A stretch of DNA of 64,000 nucleotides from Takakia lepidozioides (GCA_030704615.1 CM060731.1:77438001-77502000); one strand, 5' to 3'; counted from the stretch's first letter, positions 49,301 through 63,617 are shown. Notes: a model not told the origin generated them from the letters alone. A program made the numbers and translations.

Positions 49301-51403
49301 GTAGAGGCGTTTTTGCTTATACCGGAGCAGTCCATTTTGCAAGTGGAACTGCGATTTAACCCCCATCGTCAAGTCCTGCATCATCACGGACTTCGCTAGC
49401 TCATCCTTCCGGCAAGCCTTCCGGATCTTCCTTTGGAGCGCCGTCTCGCCCTTGTACAAACCAACAGAGCTGCTGCTTTCTACTTAAAGCATCGGCCACC
49501 ACGTTGTCTCGCGCCCCGGTTTGTACTGGATATCCACGTCGAACACCGTCAAAGTATCTTGCCACCTAAGTTGTTTTGGGGACAACTTGGGCTGCGTGGC
49601 AAAATACTTCACCGTGACATTGTCCGTGAACACCTTCACTGGGTTGGAACCAACATAGTGGCGCCAAAGCTCAAGACAGTGCACCCCCGCCTTCATCTCT
49701 TTCTCGTGCGTCGGCCACCGTCGCTCCACTTCATTCAGTTTCTTACTTTCGTAAGTCACTGGACGTCCATCTTGCATCAGTACACCCCCAATTGCGAAGT
49801 CCGATGCATCTGTATGTATCTCGAACGGACGATCGAACTCCGGGATTTTCAAGACTGGAGCTTCCACCATCCGCTGCTTCAATTCAGCAAAAGCTTGGCC
49901 ACAAAAGGGTTCCATGCCCAGACTTTAGATTTACACAGAAGGTCTGACAACGGCCCCGCGATCTTGGCGAAATTTCTCACATACTTCCGCTAATAGGAGG
50001 CGAGTCCTAGGAAGGATCGCACTCCCGACCGAAGTCGGAGGCTCCCAGTCCAAGATCGCCCTCACCTTTATGTCATCCATTTTGATCCCATCCTGTGTAA
50101 TCACATGCCCCAAAAGTTCACTTTTGTGACCCCAAATTCGCACTTTGAAGCTTTGGCATACAGCTTCTCTTCTCGCAATTTTTGGAACACCCTTTTGAGG
50201 TGCTCCAGGTGCTCCGCCTTTGTTTTCGAGTACACCAAGATGTCGTCGATGTACACAATCACAAAGTCATCCAACCACTCCTGAAAAAGGCTGTTCATCA
50301 GCGTGCTAAATGTCGCTGGTGCATTGGTGAGCCCAAAAGGCATCACCAAGAACTCATATGAACCATACCTTGTCCTGCACGCGGTCTTCTCCTCATCTCC
50401 TTCCGCCACCCGAATTTGATGATAGCCGGAGCGCAAGTCGATCCGGCTGAAATACTTCGCTCCTGCCAACCGATCGAAAAGGTCGTCGATCCTTGGCAAA
50501 GGGTACCGGTTTTTAATAGTCACCTTATTCAAAGCCCTGTAATCGACACACATCCGCAGCGTCCCATCCTTCTTGTTTGCGAATAGCACCGAGGCTCCGT
50601 AAGGTGACTTACTCGGCCGGATGTACCCCTTTGACATTAGATCTTTGAGCTGAGTCTTCAGCTCGACCAACTCCTGTGGCTCAACGGTAGGGCGCCTTGG
50701 CAGGCGGTTCCGATCCCGGTATCACCTCAATCTTGTGGTCAACTCCTCTTCGCGGTGGCAAGCCGCTTGGTAAATCCTCCGGCATTACATCGTGGTATCT
50801 CTCCAAAATCCCCTTGATCCAATCTGGGCTCGGCTCCCCATCGCCTTCTCCCTTCACTTCTCTAATGTAAGCAAAAACTGGGGCTCGTGTGCCTCCTCAC
50901 GGCCCACTCCTTTGCTGACAGAAGGTTTATTCGCCCTCCCACGGATTTGGGCGTTTCCGACACTCGTAAGACCTCGCCACCATTCCCACATGGCAGCGTG
51001 ACTATCTTTGCGGCCATCTATGACCGCTCCGGATTTGCTCAAAAAGGTCATCCCCAAAATGAGATCCACTCCATCGATCTCGCAGATGGTGAAGTTCTCA
51101 CGTCCCTCCCAACTCCCCAGTTGAAGGGGAACATCAAACGCCAACTGTGGTTCTCCTTTGGCAGAACGCACCTCAATAGAGGCCCCCACGTCACTTGTCG
51201 GGAGTCCCAACTTTCGCGCCGCCGTCGGCGTCATGAAGGAGTGTGACGCTCCTGTGTCCACCAACAACGACACGTTAGTTCCGGATATTATCCCATCCAC
51301 GAACAATAACTGACTCCCTTTACGCAGGGCGCCAGTTTCCTGATACAACTCACAAGAATAGTTGCCAACCTTGCAAGTCCTGGCAACCACCGCTTCCACC
51401 AAG
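46347..51403 (-). mobile_element. Ty3/Gypsy chromovirus element A: PR-RT-RH-INT-chromodomain plus 3' LTR (46347-47072); gag and 5' LTR missing
   Basis: Motifs VDTGASH, YIDDIL, TDASDFAIG, integrase and chromodomain EYEVEAIL. The LTR is the reverse complement of 51404-52118. Frameshifted. Confidence 0.92.
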
Positions 51404-54400
51404 TGTCGCGGCCCTTTGCCTTGAGGGCAGGGGGTCGGGACACATGAGGGGCTGCCCCTGTGGTGGGGGCAGCGCAGCGATAGGTATGGGGGGCTGCACC
51501 CTTGAGTGCCCAAGGCACTCAGGGAAGCGGAGGCGCTCACTAGGTGGAGCCCCGCACACCGGTTTCCGTGGGGGTGGCTCCACAAGGGGTGGTGGTAGCT
51601 TAGCGGGACTTAGTGGGGGTGGCATAGGACTCACCATGGGGTGGAGACCTCGAGTGGGATCGTGGGGAGTCTTGGGACTCATCACGGTCCATTGGGGGCC
51701 GTGGTGAGTGGGCCAAGACTCACCGCGACTCACCACCGGGAATCGAGGGTCTTCGTGGTGGTTCGCCATAAAATGGCATGGCTGGTTGTGAAACCCCCAT
51801 GGACAGCTATAGAAGTATATATAGGGAGTAGTAACCCCGAGAACGGTGCAGCCCGTTGGTGACCAAAAACTAGTGAGTAAGCGAGCGAGCCGGAAAGCGA
51901 CCAAAGAGTGGGGAGCTGTTCCGGACTGCCATCTACCAAAGGGAATTCCGCTGTTCCAAATCGGTGGAGGGTTCTTGGGAGAACAAAGGGGGACCGTTAT
52001 GCCCGGTGAGCAGCCGAAGCTCCAAGTTGGCCCGGCGGCCAGGTTGGGAGTCAGGCGCGCGCATCAAAGCGAGTAACTATGACTTGAAGGGGAGCTTACC
52101 GAAGTGAGGTGCGCGACACTTGGTATCAGAGCTTAGAGTTCAGTACGCGATCGTCCTTGGGATTGGCCTCATCATGGGGTCGGGCAAGCCGAAGCGAAAG
52201 CGGAACGGCTCAAAAGATGATGATCCCGGTGAGCCCGATGGGGGCGGCGTGCCACCGAGGCGGCCATTTGAGGAAGCGATGCATGTTTCCGAAAACGAGG
52301 CCGCTCAAGAGTGGGAGGAATCCAAGGAGTCGGCCCGAGGAATCCTTGAGAGCTCCGACAAACCAAGAGATGCCTCCCATGCCGGCAGCCTTTTGGGAAG
52401 GGTTGTTGGCGCAGTTTGGCGGGACGTTGAAAGACGTGTTGAAGGCGGCTAATGCCACTTCCGCTAAGGCAAAGTTTAAGGTGAAGCCTAAGGAACCCGG
52501 CACCTTCGAGGGCGTCCGAAATCGGAAGGCACTCAACACCTGGCTCTTGGAGCTAGAGCAGTACTTCCGGGCGGCCAAGTTGAGTGACGAGGATCGGGTG
52601 GAAGTGGCTCCCACCTATTTGAGGGGCTATGCTCAACAATGGTGGCAGAAACGCCTTCACGACCGAGGTCCAAGCCCGGAAACCTTGAACTGGAGTGGGT
52701 TCAAGGAATTGATGAAGAGACAGTTTGTGCCCCTCAACGTGTCCTGGCTCGCCCGGGACAAGATGAGGAATTTGAAGCAAACAGATGACATTCGGGGGTA
52801 TGTCCAGGCTTTCAATGTGCTGTTGCTCGAAGTCGCGGACATGGCAGAACCAGAAATGGTCTTCAACTTTGTGGCGGGACTGGCCCCATGGGCCAGGCGG
52901 AAGTTGGAGGAGAAGCCACCCAAGACTTTGAACGAGGCTATTGAGAGGGCTGAATGTTTCTCAGATGTCCCTAGGGGTGAAAGACAAGGCCGTACGGAGC
53001 TGAACCACAAGAAGATTCGGCGGGAAGGTGACTCCTTCCGACCGGAAAAGAAGTGGGATAGGCCACGCGGCGAAAATGGCACGTGGAAATCAAAGGGAGG
53101 GCCTTCACACGTCAAGGCGGCACCCGGTGCTTCGAAAGGAAAAGCGGGTGGAGCGGCTTATGGCGGACAGAAGGCGACCTTGATGGAGTGTGTTTTCAAT
53201 TGCGGGGAGCCCGGGCACATGGCCAAGAAGTGCACGAAGCCCCGGCAATTGAACATGACTCGCGCGACCACGGAGCTGTCGGAAGATACCATCAGTCGCT
53301 TGGTGGAAGCGGTGGTCACCAGGACTTGCAAGGTAGACAAATTTTCTTGTGAGTTGTATCAGGAAACTGGCGCCTTACGAAAAGGGAGTCAGTTTGTTCG
53401 TGGATGGGATAATATCCGGAACTAATGTGTCGTTGTTGGTGGACACAGGAGCGTCGCACTCCTTCATGACACCGGCAACGGCACAAAAGCTGGGACTCCC
53501 GACAAGTGACGTGGGGGCCTCTATTGAGGTGCATTCTGCCAAAGGAGAACCACAGTTGGCGACAAGGTTGGCGATTGATGTTCCTCTTCAACTGGGGAGT
53601 TGGGAGGGACTTGAGAACTTCACCATCTGCGAGATCGATGGAGTGGATCTCATTTTGGGGATGACCTTTTTGAGCAAATCCGGAACGGTCATAGATGGCC
53701 GCAAGAGAATAGTCACTCTGCCATGTGGTAATGGTGACGAGGTTTTACGAGTGTCAGAAATGCCCAAATCCGTGGGAGGGCGAATAAACCTTCTGTCAGC
53801 AAAGGAGTGGGCCGTGGAGGAGGCACACGAGCCCCAGTTTTTGCTTTACATTAGAGAAGTGAAGGGAGAAGGCGATGGGGAGCCGAGCCCAGATTGGATC
53901 AAGGGGATCTTGGAGAAATACCAGGATGTGATGCCAGGGATTTACCAAGCGGCTTGCCACCGCGAAGAGGAGTTGACCACAAGATTGAGGTGATACCGGG
54001 ATCAGAACCGCCTGCCAAGGCGCCCTACCAGTTGAGCCACAGAGAGTTGGTCGAGCTGAAGACTCAGCTCAAGGATCTAATGTCAAAGGGGTACATCCGG
54101 CCGAGTAAGTCACCTTACGGAGCCCCGGTGCTATTTGCAGACAAGAAGGATGGGACGCTGCGGATGTGTGTCGATTACAGGGCTTTGAATAAGGTGACTA
54201 TCAAAAACCGGTACCCTTTGCCAAGGATCGACGACCTCTTCGATCGGTTGGCATGAGCGAAGTATTTCAGCCGGATCGACTTGCGCTCCGGCTATCACCA
54301 AATTCGGGTGGCGGAAGGAGATGAGGAGAAGACCGCGTGCAGGACAAGGTATGGTTCATATGAGTTCTTGGTGATGCTTTTTGGGCTCACCAATGCACCA

Positions 54401-55492
54401 GCGACATTTAGCACGCTGATGAACAGCCTTTTCCAGGAGTGGTTGGATGACTTTATGATCGTGTACATCGACGACATCTTGGTGTACTCGAAAACAAAGG
54501 AGGAGCACCGGGAGCACCTCAAAAGGGTGTTCCAAAAATTGCGGGAAGGGAAGCTGTATGCCAAAGCTTCAAAGTGCGAATTCGGGGTCACAAAAGTGGA
54601 GTTCCTGGGGCATGTGATTACACAGGATGGGATCAAAATGGATGACAGAAAGGTGAGGGCGATCTTGGACTGGGAGCCTCCGACTTCGGTCCCGGGAGTG
54701 CGATCCTTCCTAGGACTCGCCTCCTATTACCGGAAGTATGTGAGAAATTTCGCCAAGATCGCGGGGCCGCTGTCGGACCTTCTGTGTAAATCCAAAGTCT
54801 GGGTATGGAACACATTTTGTGGCCAAGCTTTTGCTGAATTGAAGCAGCGGATGACGGAAGCTCCAGTCTTGAAAATCCCGGAGTTCGATCGTCCGTTTGA
54901 GATTCATACAGATGCATTGGACTTCGCGATTGGGGGTGTACTTATGCAAGATGAACGTCCAGTAGCTTACGAAAGTAAGAAACTGAATGAAGTGGAGCGA
55001 CGGTGGCCGACGCACGAAAAAGAGATAAAGGCGGTGGTGCATTGCCTTGAGCTCTGGCGCCACTATATTGGTTCCAACCCAGTGAAGGTGTTCACGGACA
55101 ATGTCACGGTGAAGTATTTTGCCACGCAGCCCAAGTTGTCCCCAAAACAACTTAGGTGGCAAGATACTTTGGCAGTGTTCGACATGGATATCCAGTACAA
55201 ACCGGGACGGGACAATGTGGTGGCCGATGCTTTAAGTAGAAAGCAACAGCTCTTGTTGGTGTACAAGGGCGAGACGGCGCTCCAAAGGAAGATCCGGAAG
55301 GCTTACCAGAAGGATGAGCTGGCAAAGTCCGTGATGCAGGACTTGAGAATGGGGGTTAAATCGCAGTTCCACTTGCAAAACGGACTGCTCCGGTATAAGC
55401 AAAAACGTCTCTACGTGCCGAAGGGATGGATCAGAGATAGCCTCTTGAGAGAATGCCATGATAGCCCGCTTGCGGGCCACGGCGGAGCCAAG
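51404..55492 (+). mobile_element. Ty3/Gypsy element B of the same family: 5' LTR 51404-52118, PBS, gag-PR-RT-RH; truncated at the start of integrase
   Basis: LTR ends TGTCGCG..CGCGACA. PBS TGGTATCAGAGC (tRNA-iMet) at 52121-52132. Gag has a degenerate zinc knuckle (FNCGEPGHMAKKC). Stops and frameshifts are present. Confidence 0.93.
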
Positions 55493-55507
55493 ATAATCTC
55501 ATATTAG

Positions 55508-55917
55508 CATGGGTTGTCGGATTTGTAGACGGTGTATACCAGTGTCGGCTAGGTATCTTGTTTTGAGACTTCTTCCGGTCCCGGTTATGGCCTACTCTTT
55601 GATGGCCGGGGCAGGGTATACCAATATGTTTGAAAAACATCTCAGTTACAAGTTCTCATTAAACACATGAATTTATTTTTGTCCGGTTCTCAATCTATCG
55701 GCCGGTTATGCCATCTTAAAAAAATGCCGGTTCCATGGTACCGGTTATGGGATCCATCCATTTTTATTTTTCTACTATTTCTAGCATTTTTATGTATTAG
55801 TATAAAACTTTTATATATATATATATATATAATTATAATTACACAAGAGGCCTGTGGCCTGGTGGTAAGCCACTGTGTATTGGCCTGTGGATATGGGGCT
55901 CCAACGTACAACCCATG
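55508..55917. mobile_element. Possible MITE with a 10-bp TIR CATGGGTTGT
   Basis: CATGGGTTGT at 55508 and ACAACCCATG ending at 55917. No TSD is recognisable. Confidence 0.4.
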
Positions 55918-56349
55918 TTATCTAAGTTATCTCTAGTGTTGGACTGGTATACCGATAAGAAATTGGTATCAATATTGGTATGTATACTGGTATGAAGTAT
56001 CAGACCAATCTGTCACCTCAAGCCACCTAGTATATACCCGTATTGACCTGGTATCTGCTTCCTAATACTATGGATGATACCCTACAAATCTAGTAGATGG
56101 TTGAAAATCCGTACCTCATACCAGTACCAGATCCATTTTTGTGGGGAAAACCTAGGTATCAATATCGACAGACTGCAGATACTCGTAGTGGCTGAAATTC
56201 TTTTCTTGATACAAACCCGACAGACTTTTTCAGTCTTGAATCTGAGCTCTTAGATGCAAATGAAGACGAAATATGTGAAGCTGGATACTTTGAGGAATAA
56301 ATCCAATGAGAATCATGTTTGTACACATTTATATGAGAAGTGGGGCCTT

Positions 56350-59300
56350 TCAGTATTTTAACATATTGTGAGTTTGTTTGATATTGGAATCATTCAAGTC
56401 ATATCTATATGTACGCACCTTAGTCTCAAGAGGTTTGTACCACCTCAACACTAAGTATAAACTACTAGGTATTTTTATCAAATCAAAACCTAATTTGTAT
56501 TCCGCCCATTTGGGCTTCTCTTTGGATGGATTGACATTTCTTATCATCTTCTAAACTCGACCCAACCAAAAAAAATCCACCATCCTCACCATATCATATT
56601 GCACAATCAGATCCAATGCCAAAAAATTCACCATTATTTTGTGGAATAATCTCTTTGCTAAAGTGCACTCCTTGTTTGACTCGAGTGAGCCCATCCTTGG
56701 ATAAAGTCAGATTGTCATTCAATTGATTCACCAATGTCGATTTGAGAATAAATCGATTATCAAATTCAACGATAGGTGAAATACCCATGACCCGGCCTCC
56801 ACCTTGTTGCTCATCAAGCACAATATCTAGCTCATGCCGAATTTCACTCTCGGCAACTTGAATGTCAACCTATGCGTCATCCACCATAGTCTCATCCATG
56901 GAACCTTCCCAACAAATCTCCAAATTAGTATTATCATTAGAAATCTCCAAATCAGCATCATCATATACTTCCAAATCAGTCTCAGATCTGTCCAAAGTCA
57001 GTCCCTTTGATATTTTGGCTTGCTCTCTTCAATTTTTGTGTGTCATGCAACCAAGATTTTGACCACCACCCTCTCAACTCATTTTTTCTTTTCGGTTGTA
57101 TTCCCAAATGCTTATACAGATTTTGGGCGTCTTCTAGTCCTTGTTGCAAAAAACCAATGAGTGCAACATCAGTAGAGATGGCTATCTCGAAATCTGTAGC
57201 ATTCTCCAATCTTGTAACATATCTTTTGTGCAATGATGTCCACACATGTGTTTGGAGTGTGCACGTTTGTATTCTGGCCCATCTGAACTATACTCCTGCT
57301 CTGCAATCCTATTCAAAGCTCCAGAGCTATGAAATAAATCACCCAAGTCAAAAATACGTTCTTGACCAATCATCCCTCCAACCTTGCTAAAGAAAATTTC
57401 TGCTGCATCAGATCCAGTGAGATGTAACGGACATAGTATTCTCGAAACAATTAATCAAGAGCACAACAAAGTGACATGACATCTGAATGTCAAGAAATGC
57501 CTGCATGCTTATGAAATTCTTCTTCACATCATGGGCATCACTATGATGAAGTCAAAGACGCCACAACCTGAAAAAATATGAAACTTTGGATGCCAATCAA
57601 ACCTTCTCGTGAAGACCCAAAGTGGTACATACAAAAATATCAATGTAGTCTCCCACCACCTCCAAATGTGCTTTGGTACCAATTGTGTTTTCTTGTTTGA
57701 TTGCCTTGCCTTTGTAATTCCCATCGTGTAGAGCTTGAAGACATATTTGCACAGGTCTGCTTGCAATCCGTTGTGTTGCTACCCAATTTTGTCTATCTTC
57801 TCTCAAATAGTCTCCCTCTTTCAATCTATGCTCATTAACTGCAAAATCGGAGTACACCATAATGACATGCCTCAAACCAACAATATGACCTCCCAACTCC
57901 AGAACCCTCACTGGGCTATCCAATGGATTAATAAGTTTTTTTCCATTATTTACAAAGTCTTGATTATGTAGGCCACCCACCTGCTTTTTTACCATTTTTC
58001 CAGACATTTTCCAGCCACACCAATCTATGTCAACCGTACCCTATCCATGCTTAAGTAATCATTCAACATAAAGCTTCTCCTTCGAGCATCACCATCAGAC
58101 GTATGACCCACAATAAGCCCTATGAATCTTTCAACACTTGTCCTCCACATGTGTTCAATTTTCTGCCATTGATCACGAACAAAATCTGCAGTAAACTTAT
58201 TGCAAGTCCCTTGAACCACTAGTACAATGCATGGAAGCAGAGCATGCAGTAGGTTTGCATTTATCACCCTTGCATAGTTACATCTAACCGCATTTGTAAA
58301 AGCTCCAACGATGTTTTAATAGCCCTCTTTCTCAACACCAACCTGAACCATGAAATCTGATACGCACTCATGCTCATCTTCTTTAATTGTCACGGAAGCC
58401 CACTAGTACATCCGACTTTGCATTCCATCTGCATTGCCACAATCAAATGAAGATGGTTAGGCATGCTATGCATATCACGATAATTGATCAGAATAGCACC
58501 AATAGAAATGACATATAAACATAACATCAGGTCTCTGAAATTTAGTTCATCTAATATATCTTTTGATTGATGTTTCATCTTCCACCAACATCACTGAGAC
58601 TCGTGAAGTAATCGCATGTTTTTTCATCGCATCACTATATTTTTGACCAACAGCTTTGAATATAAACTTGTGCTCTCCTGGCACAAAATCTATAGCTTTG
58701 TGAATCACACGTTTTGTAGAAGAGATGGATGGTCCCATCAAATTATTGCACAAAAAATTGTGTAATCGTGGGCCACCCCACAATTTAACTGTTTCAGCTA
58801 TAGCTGTGGACGTCTTATAATATCTGTGGCCTTGTTTCCTCCTCATCAAATTTGTTCCAATATCCTGTAACCAACTCCACAAAGCTTTCTTTCCCCCAAA
58901 CTTCCCAGATCTATGAGCATCCACAATATTGTTGCAAAATTTCCTGATATCTTTTCTCTTCTAAGCCTCTTTATTTGTCTCCTTCAGGGTTCGGATCTGC
59001 ACTGACAACATCACAGTCTTTTGTTTCTCCCAAAACAATGATCGCTTCAAATCTCTCATTTTCCTTCCATACAAACCAACTTCTTGCTTCAATTCAATTT
59101 GAGTCAAATAACCAATTCTTCGTCCTTGGACTATTTTCTTTTCACCTCTTTTTTTCTTTAGCCTGTGACTCTCTATATACTCGTTGACGGAAATCAATAG
59201 TTTGAGGAATGCTTTGGCAGTATGAGCAACTAAATCCCTCGAATGGATCACCATCTTTTGAGATCTTTTTGCATTTCTCATGCCTAAACAAACCATGGAT

Positions 59301-60871
59301 CTTCCACTCTCTATTGCCATCGAAGAGCATCTCTTGTGCATGTGGTCTAGCCCACCAACATCTCTCGTGGTTTTGATCATCAAGCAATGGTTTGATGGAC
59401 AGATTTTTTCCATTCACTTATACTGTCTCCTCCCATAGTCCCCAAACATAAAAAATTGAGATGTGTTGTTATGCTCTTACTTGGGGCAGTTGTAGTAGTC
59501 AAAGAAGAATGACTAGGAAGATGTTATCTACTCTCTCCCAGGAGAAGCTCCACATAAAAACCAACGGAAGACGATGGTAGCGGTGGAAAACCCTCCGCGG
59601 TCCTTTTATCACAAACACCTCCATCAGATTTTTCTGATCTCTTTTCCATAGTTGGGTGCAAGTCCTTTGAAGAACTTGACTCAATCGCCCCATCATTGGG
59701 CTTAGAAACCACACGTTGGAAAAAAATGGACAATGAGGTCTGATTTGGAAGAAGACTTCGTTTCTTGGATTGACCTCTAAGCCCAGTACGAGCTACACCT
59801 CCCTCCTCCTCTTGTTTTTTTTATCATAATTCACAATGTGACGATTGGCCTTTAGATGTTCTATCATGCTTGTCCTCAAATTTCCAGTTCGAGAATAAAG
59901 GTGAAAGAAACGATCACGACATATCTCACATCTGAATTTTACACGCTGATAATGACTATAATTAATTGTATGGTCAATTACCCAAAAGCATGCATCTGCC
60001 CTCTCATTGTTGAACGCTTCAAGTTCAGAAATTGCTTCATCAATTGAAGTTGTTTGTGATTGGAGGGAAAGTAGGTGGAGGATGCCCATATTCAACAACC
60101 AAGGAAGTGACTAGCTGGACACTATCTTTTGATTTTTTTTTTCGACGTGTAACATAATTCTTTTCGTGTTTGTTGCAGCCTCGGACGTGCTTTCTGAAAA
60201 AATTGTCCAACACCATGTTTGGATCTTTATCAAGTGTGCACCTGGACCCATATTCTTTTTGACATTCATGACACCATAACCGTGTATATGGAATGCCAGA
60301 TGAATCAAATGTCTCGAGCTCAAATTCATCATCTCGTGGTGGATCCAAACCACATAGTTTCTTCAGTGTTGAAAATATCACTCTCCCATTTGGCCACCGT
60401 GGTTTCACTCATTAAGATGTTTTTTTTCCAAGAAACAGACGGAGGAATAGAGTTGAGATTTCCCTCTTGTGTTATGTTGAGTTATGAGATAGTCACAATT
60501 ATCGAAACAACACCCCTGGGAAATAGCCCTCATGTGATAGCACATCCCCTGGAAATTCATCGTGACCAATATTTGCATCTTTTCTGGAATGTGAAGAGAT
60601 AGATTGACTCCCCTCAATCTGTTTTTCTTGGTTGACATGCTCCACTTGTCGTCTTGATATTAACAGCCTTGTCAATTGCAACAACTCTTGTTGCTTCTTG
60701 ACTCTCCTTCAAAATGGACCCCTCATTTGTCAAGAAATTGTACTCAAATTCCACAAGAGCATCCAATTTTATTTCTCTTCGTACGATTTCCAAAGTGGCT
60801 GTTGCTGGTACATCAACAACTCCTTGTTGCACTCCTTCTTCATACACCTTTATCTCCCACACCTCTTCCAT
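56350..60871 (-). pseudogene. Decayed DDE transposase with P-element/THAP9-like motifs and N-terminal C2H2-type zinc fingers
   Basis: Ordered fragments: WCHEC..KH..H; RCEIC..EHLKANRH; GHRY..GGPRLHNFLCNNLMGPS; EDETSI; TSDGD; QDFVN..KKL; DRQNW; GSDAAEIFFSKVG. Confidence 0.7.
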
Positions 60872-62349
60872 TGTTCTTAGATCTTACCCTACAAAAGCAT
60901 GTCATCAAAAAATCAATACCTAAGCAATAAATTAGGGTTTTGAACCATGATACAACCAAAAAAAAAAGGGGGAGGAAGAAGAAGAAAGTCTTTTCATAAA
61001 CTTCCACTTTCTAATTTATACAACCATTCGATAGATAATTTGCCTATAATTTGTCCCTCTTTGATTTTCAAGTTACTGTTTTTCTAATTCACATAACATT
61101 TCCATACTATGGAATCATAATTGCTAACCAGATAGAAGAAAATCAGATACTAATTATATATATAAGTATTCTAACTAAAAATATAAATTGTAACCACCAA
61201 CTCCAAGACTAGATCATCCCATCATACCAAAAAACTAACAAATGGATAAACCATATTCATTAAGGTTGATAACTACTTGAGATGCATACATTGAATATAT
61301 GCATCCCATTTTTATTATAGTAATTATTTATGACAATAAAATCTGCTATATAATATATAATATATTGTTCATTATATGTTTAATTATACATTCATTCCCA
61401 ATTCAGAGCAATGTGAAATAATTTGGGCAGTGCTTCCGCGTCCCTCATTATTATTTCATTTTTGCTAGAATTTTGACAGTGCTTCCGCACAAGTTTTGTT
61501 ATCTGGATTTTCAATCTCTTATGGACAAGGCTGTGAATTAAAAGGTTCTATGGTCTATGGTTTGACATTGAACCCAATTAATAGTGAACTTAGTGTAGAA
61601 GTATCCATCCAGTCACAACTGTTAACATGCACATACAAGTAAAAGGTTAATAGTATGACATGAACAATATCTCAAATCCAGAAGCATGCACTGTATATCC
61701 TCTCTAAAATGAGAAACATTCTACATATCATTCTATAAGCATTTATACCTGTCTTCGTATGAGAAATCAGTTTAACGCAGACTATAACATTCCAGTTGAG
61801 TTATCGGGGACTCCGAAGAAGAAGCACAATCACTACATAGAGTCTGGAGATGTTGGAAACCACTTAGACAGATCGAGTTGTTGCCGCAGCTATTGGCGCC
61901 GCCGAAAGACGTAGGGAAACTAGGGTCGCGAGGTGTGAAAAAAGAGGGAAAAACAAAGAAGAGATCTCAACCGCACTTAGCAAAACAAGACTCAAGTGGT
62001 CTTAGGGTCAAATCCCATCTACAAATGCAGAAAAAAAAACTTGCACCCTTGTATGTATTTATAAAATTTTGTAAAGTTTATATAAATGCATTATCCCTAC
62101 CTATATTTAAACATTTTGACCAATCATACCCCTGCCCATACATATATTTCGTACAAGATTTTTTTTTCAAAACCCCATGTGCGGAAAAATATTGATCACA
62201 CATGGTGTGGTAGCCTAATGAAGAGTGAAGAGCAAGTAGAGCAACTTCCTGATGATGTGATCTGTTTGAGCGATTCAGTCAACCCACCTGTAGATCTACC
62301 GAGTACACCTCATACGAATATATGCATACCACTGTCATGGAAGAAACAA

Positions 62350-63600
62350 GAGATGTTATTGGGGCTGCTAAGTTTGTGGCTTTAACCTGCGAAGAAGTCT
62401 CGACAGTTGACAACCAATCATGGATTCAATTCATGCTTATGTTGTCGACAATTGGGCGCGTGCTCCTAGAGAGAGTTGTGGAGGGGGGATGATCTGATAA
62501 TCTCACAAAGAAGATCATGGAAGCACTCATGATAGGTGGAGGCATGCCACAAGAGCGCATTAGAGATAAACTATTGAGCTTTGGGGCAGATGGAATAAAT
62601 GTCTTTCAAGGGGTGAGAAATGGAATAACACGGCAGATCCATGATGTATAGGCCCCTCATTCTTTGGGGATAAATTGCATGGCCCATCGCACTAACTTGG
62701 CGGTGGAAATACTGTCAAACTTGACACGAGTGAGCAGACTTGAGAATTTATTACAAGCTCTATACACCTATTTTGTTCATTCACCAAAGAGGCATGTGGA
62801 ATTTACAAAACTTGCTACCATCATGGAAACAAAAGGGAACAAGTTGTTGAGAAATGTGAAAACCCGCTGGATTTCTATGTTGAGCCCAACCAAGCGTGTG
62901 GTGTCAGAATACCGTACCTTGCTCATGAAGATGGCCTTGGACAGTGCAACAAACAGTCAAGCAAAGGTGAACTATGAGTCACTTTGTGACTTGCAGATTT
63001 TGCTTGGCCTTGCTTGTCTTTTGCTTTTGTTGGCCAGAAACTATTCATGCGCTAATTAAACTTTGCCCAGATGCGGGATGTGTTCGTATGTGATCTGGTG
63101 GCAGCGATAAAAGTGTGTCAAGGTGATGTTTTCACTATGTACAATGACCAAAACTCTGCCTACAACTCAGACATATTTTGGGCATTTAGATCTCTATTGG
63201 AGTGTAACCATGACAAAATATACATGCGTTTGGTCCTTGATTTGAACACGAGGGTCCACCATCTTGCTTTTGACATTAATGGACAACACATTTGGGCTGT
63301 CCACCGCAAGGAAGTCACTGGGGAAAGACGATTTGTGACACAAGAGGTCTTTGAGGAAGTGGAGCAACTTGTCAAATCAGAGTGTGCAGGTATGTAGTCC
63401 CTTATAAATGCTTTCTGAATTTGCTTTCAGTCATTCAGAGCTACATTATGAAATTGATGTTATGGTTCGCTATTGACTACGGGGTGGATTGGCTTTTGTA
63501 GAAGCTGCCGAGGCTCTTGTGCGTGAGCTTGAAGGGTGTTTTCCAGCACATGGCATCATGGATGCCTTGGGAATTGTCTACCCACAATACGCTTCAACCA
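62350..63600 (+). pseudogene. hAT-superfamily (ZNF862-like) transposase fragment
   Basis: Motifs FGADG..VFQG, CMAHRTNLAV and NVKTRWISM. Stops and frameshifts are present, with an intron at ~63390-63501. Confidence 0.85.
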
Positions 63601-63617
63601 GATTGTGAAGAGACCCC

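Noticed and set aside
53380-53425. Programmed gag-pol frameshift in element B
   Set aside because: Element A reads in frame here (KGSQLLFVDG); B simply has a 2-bp deletion.
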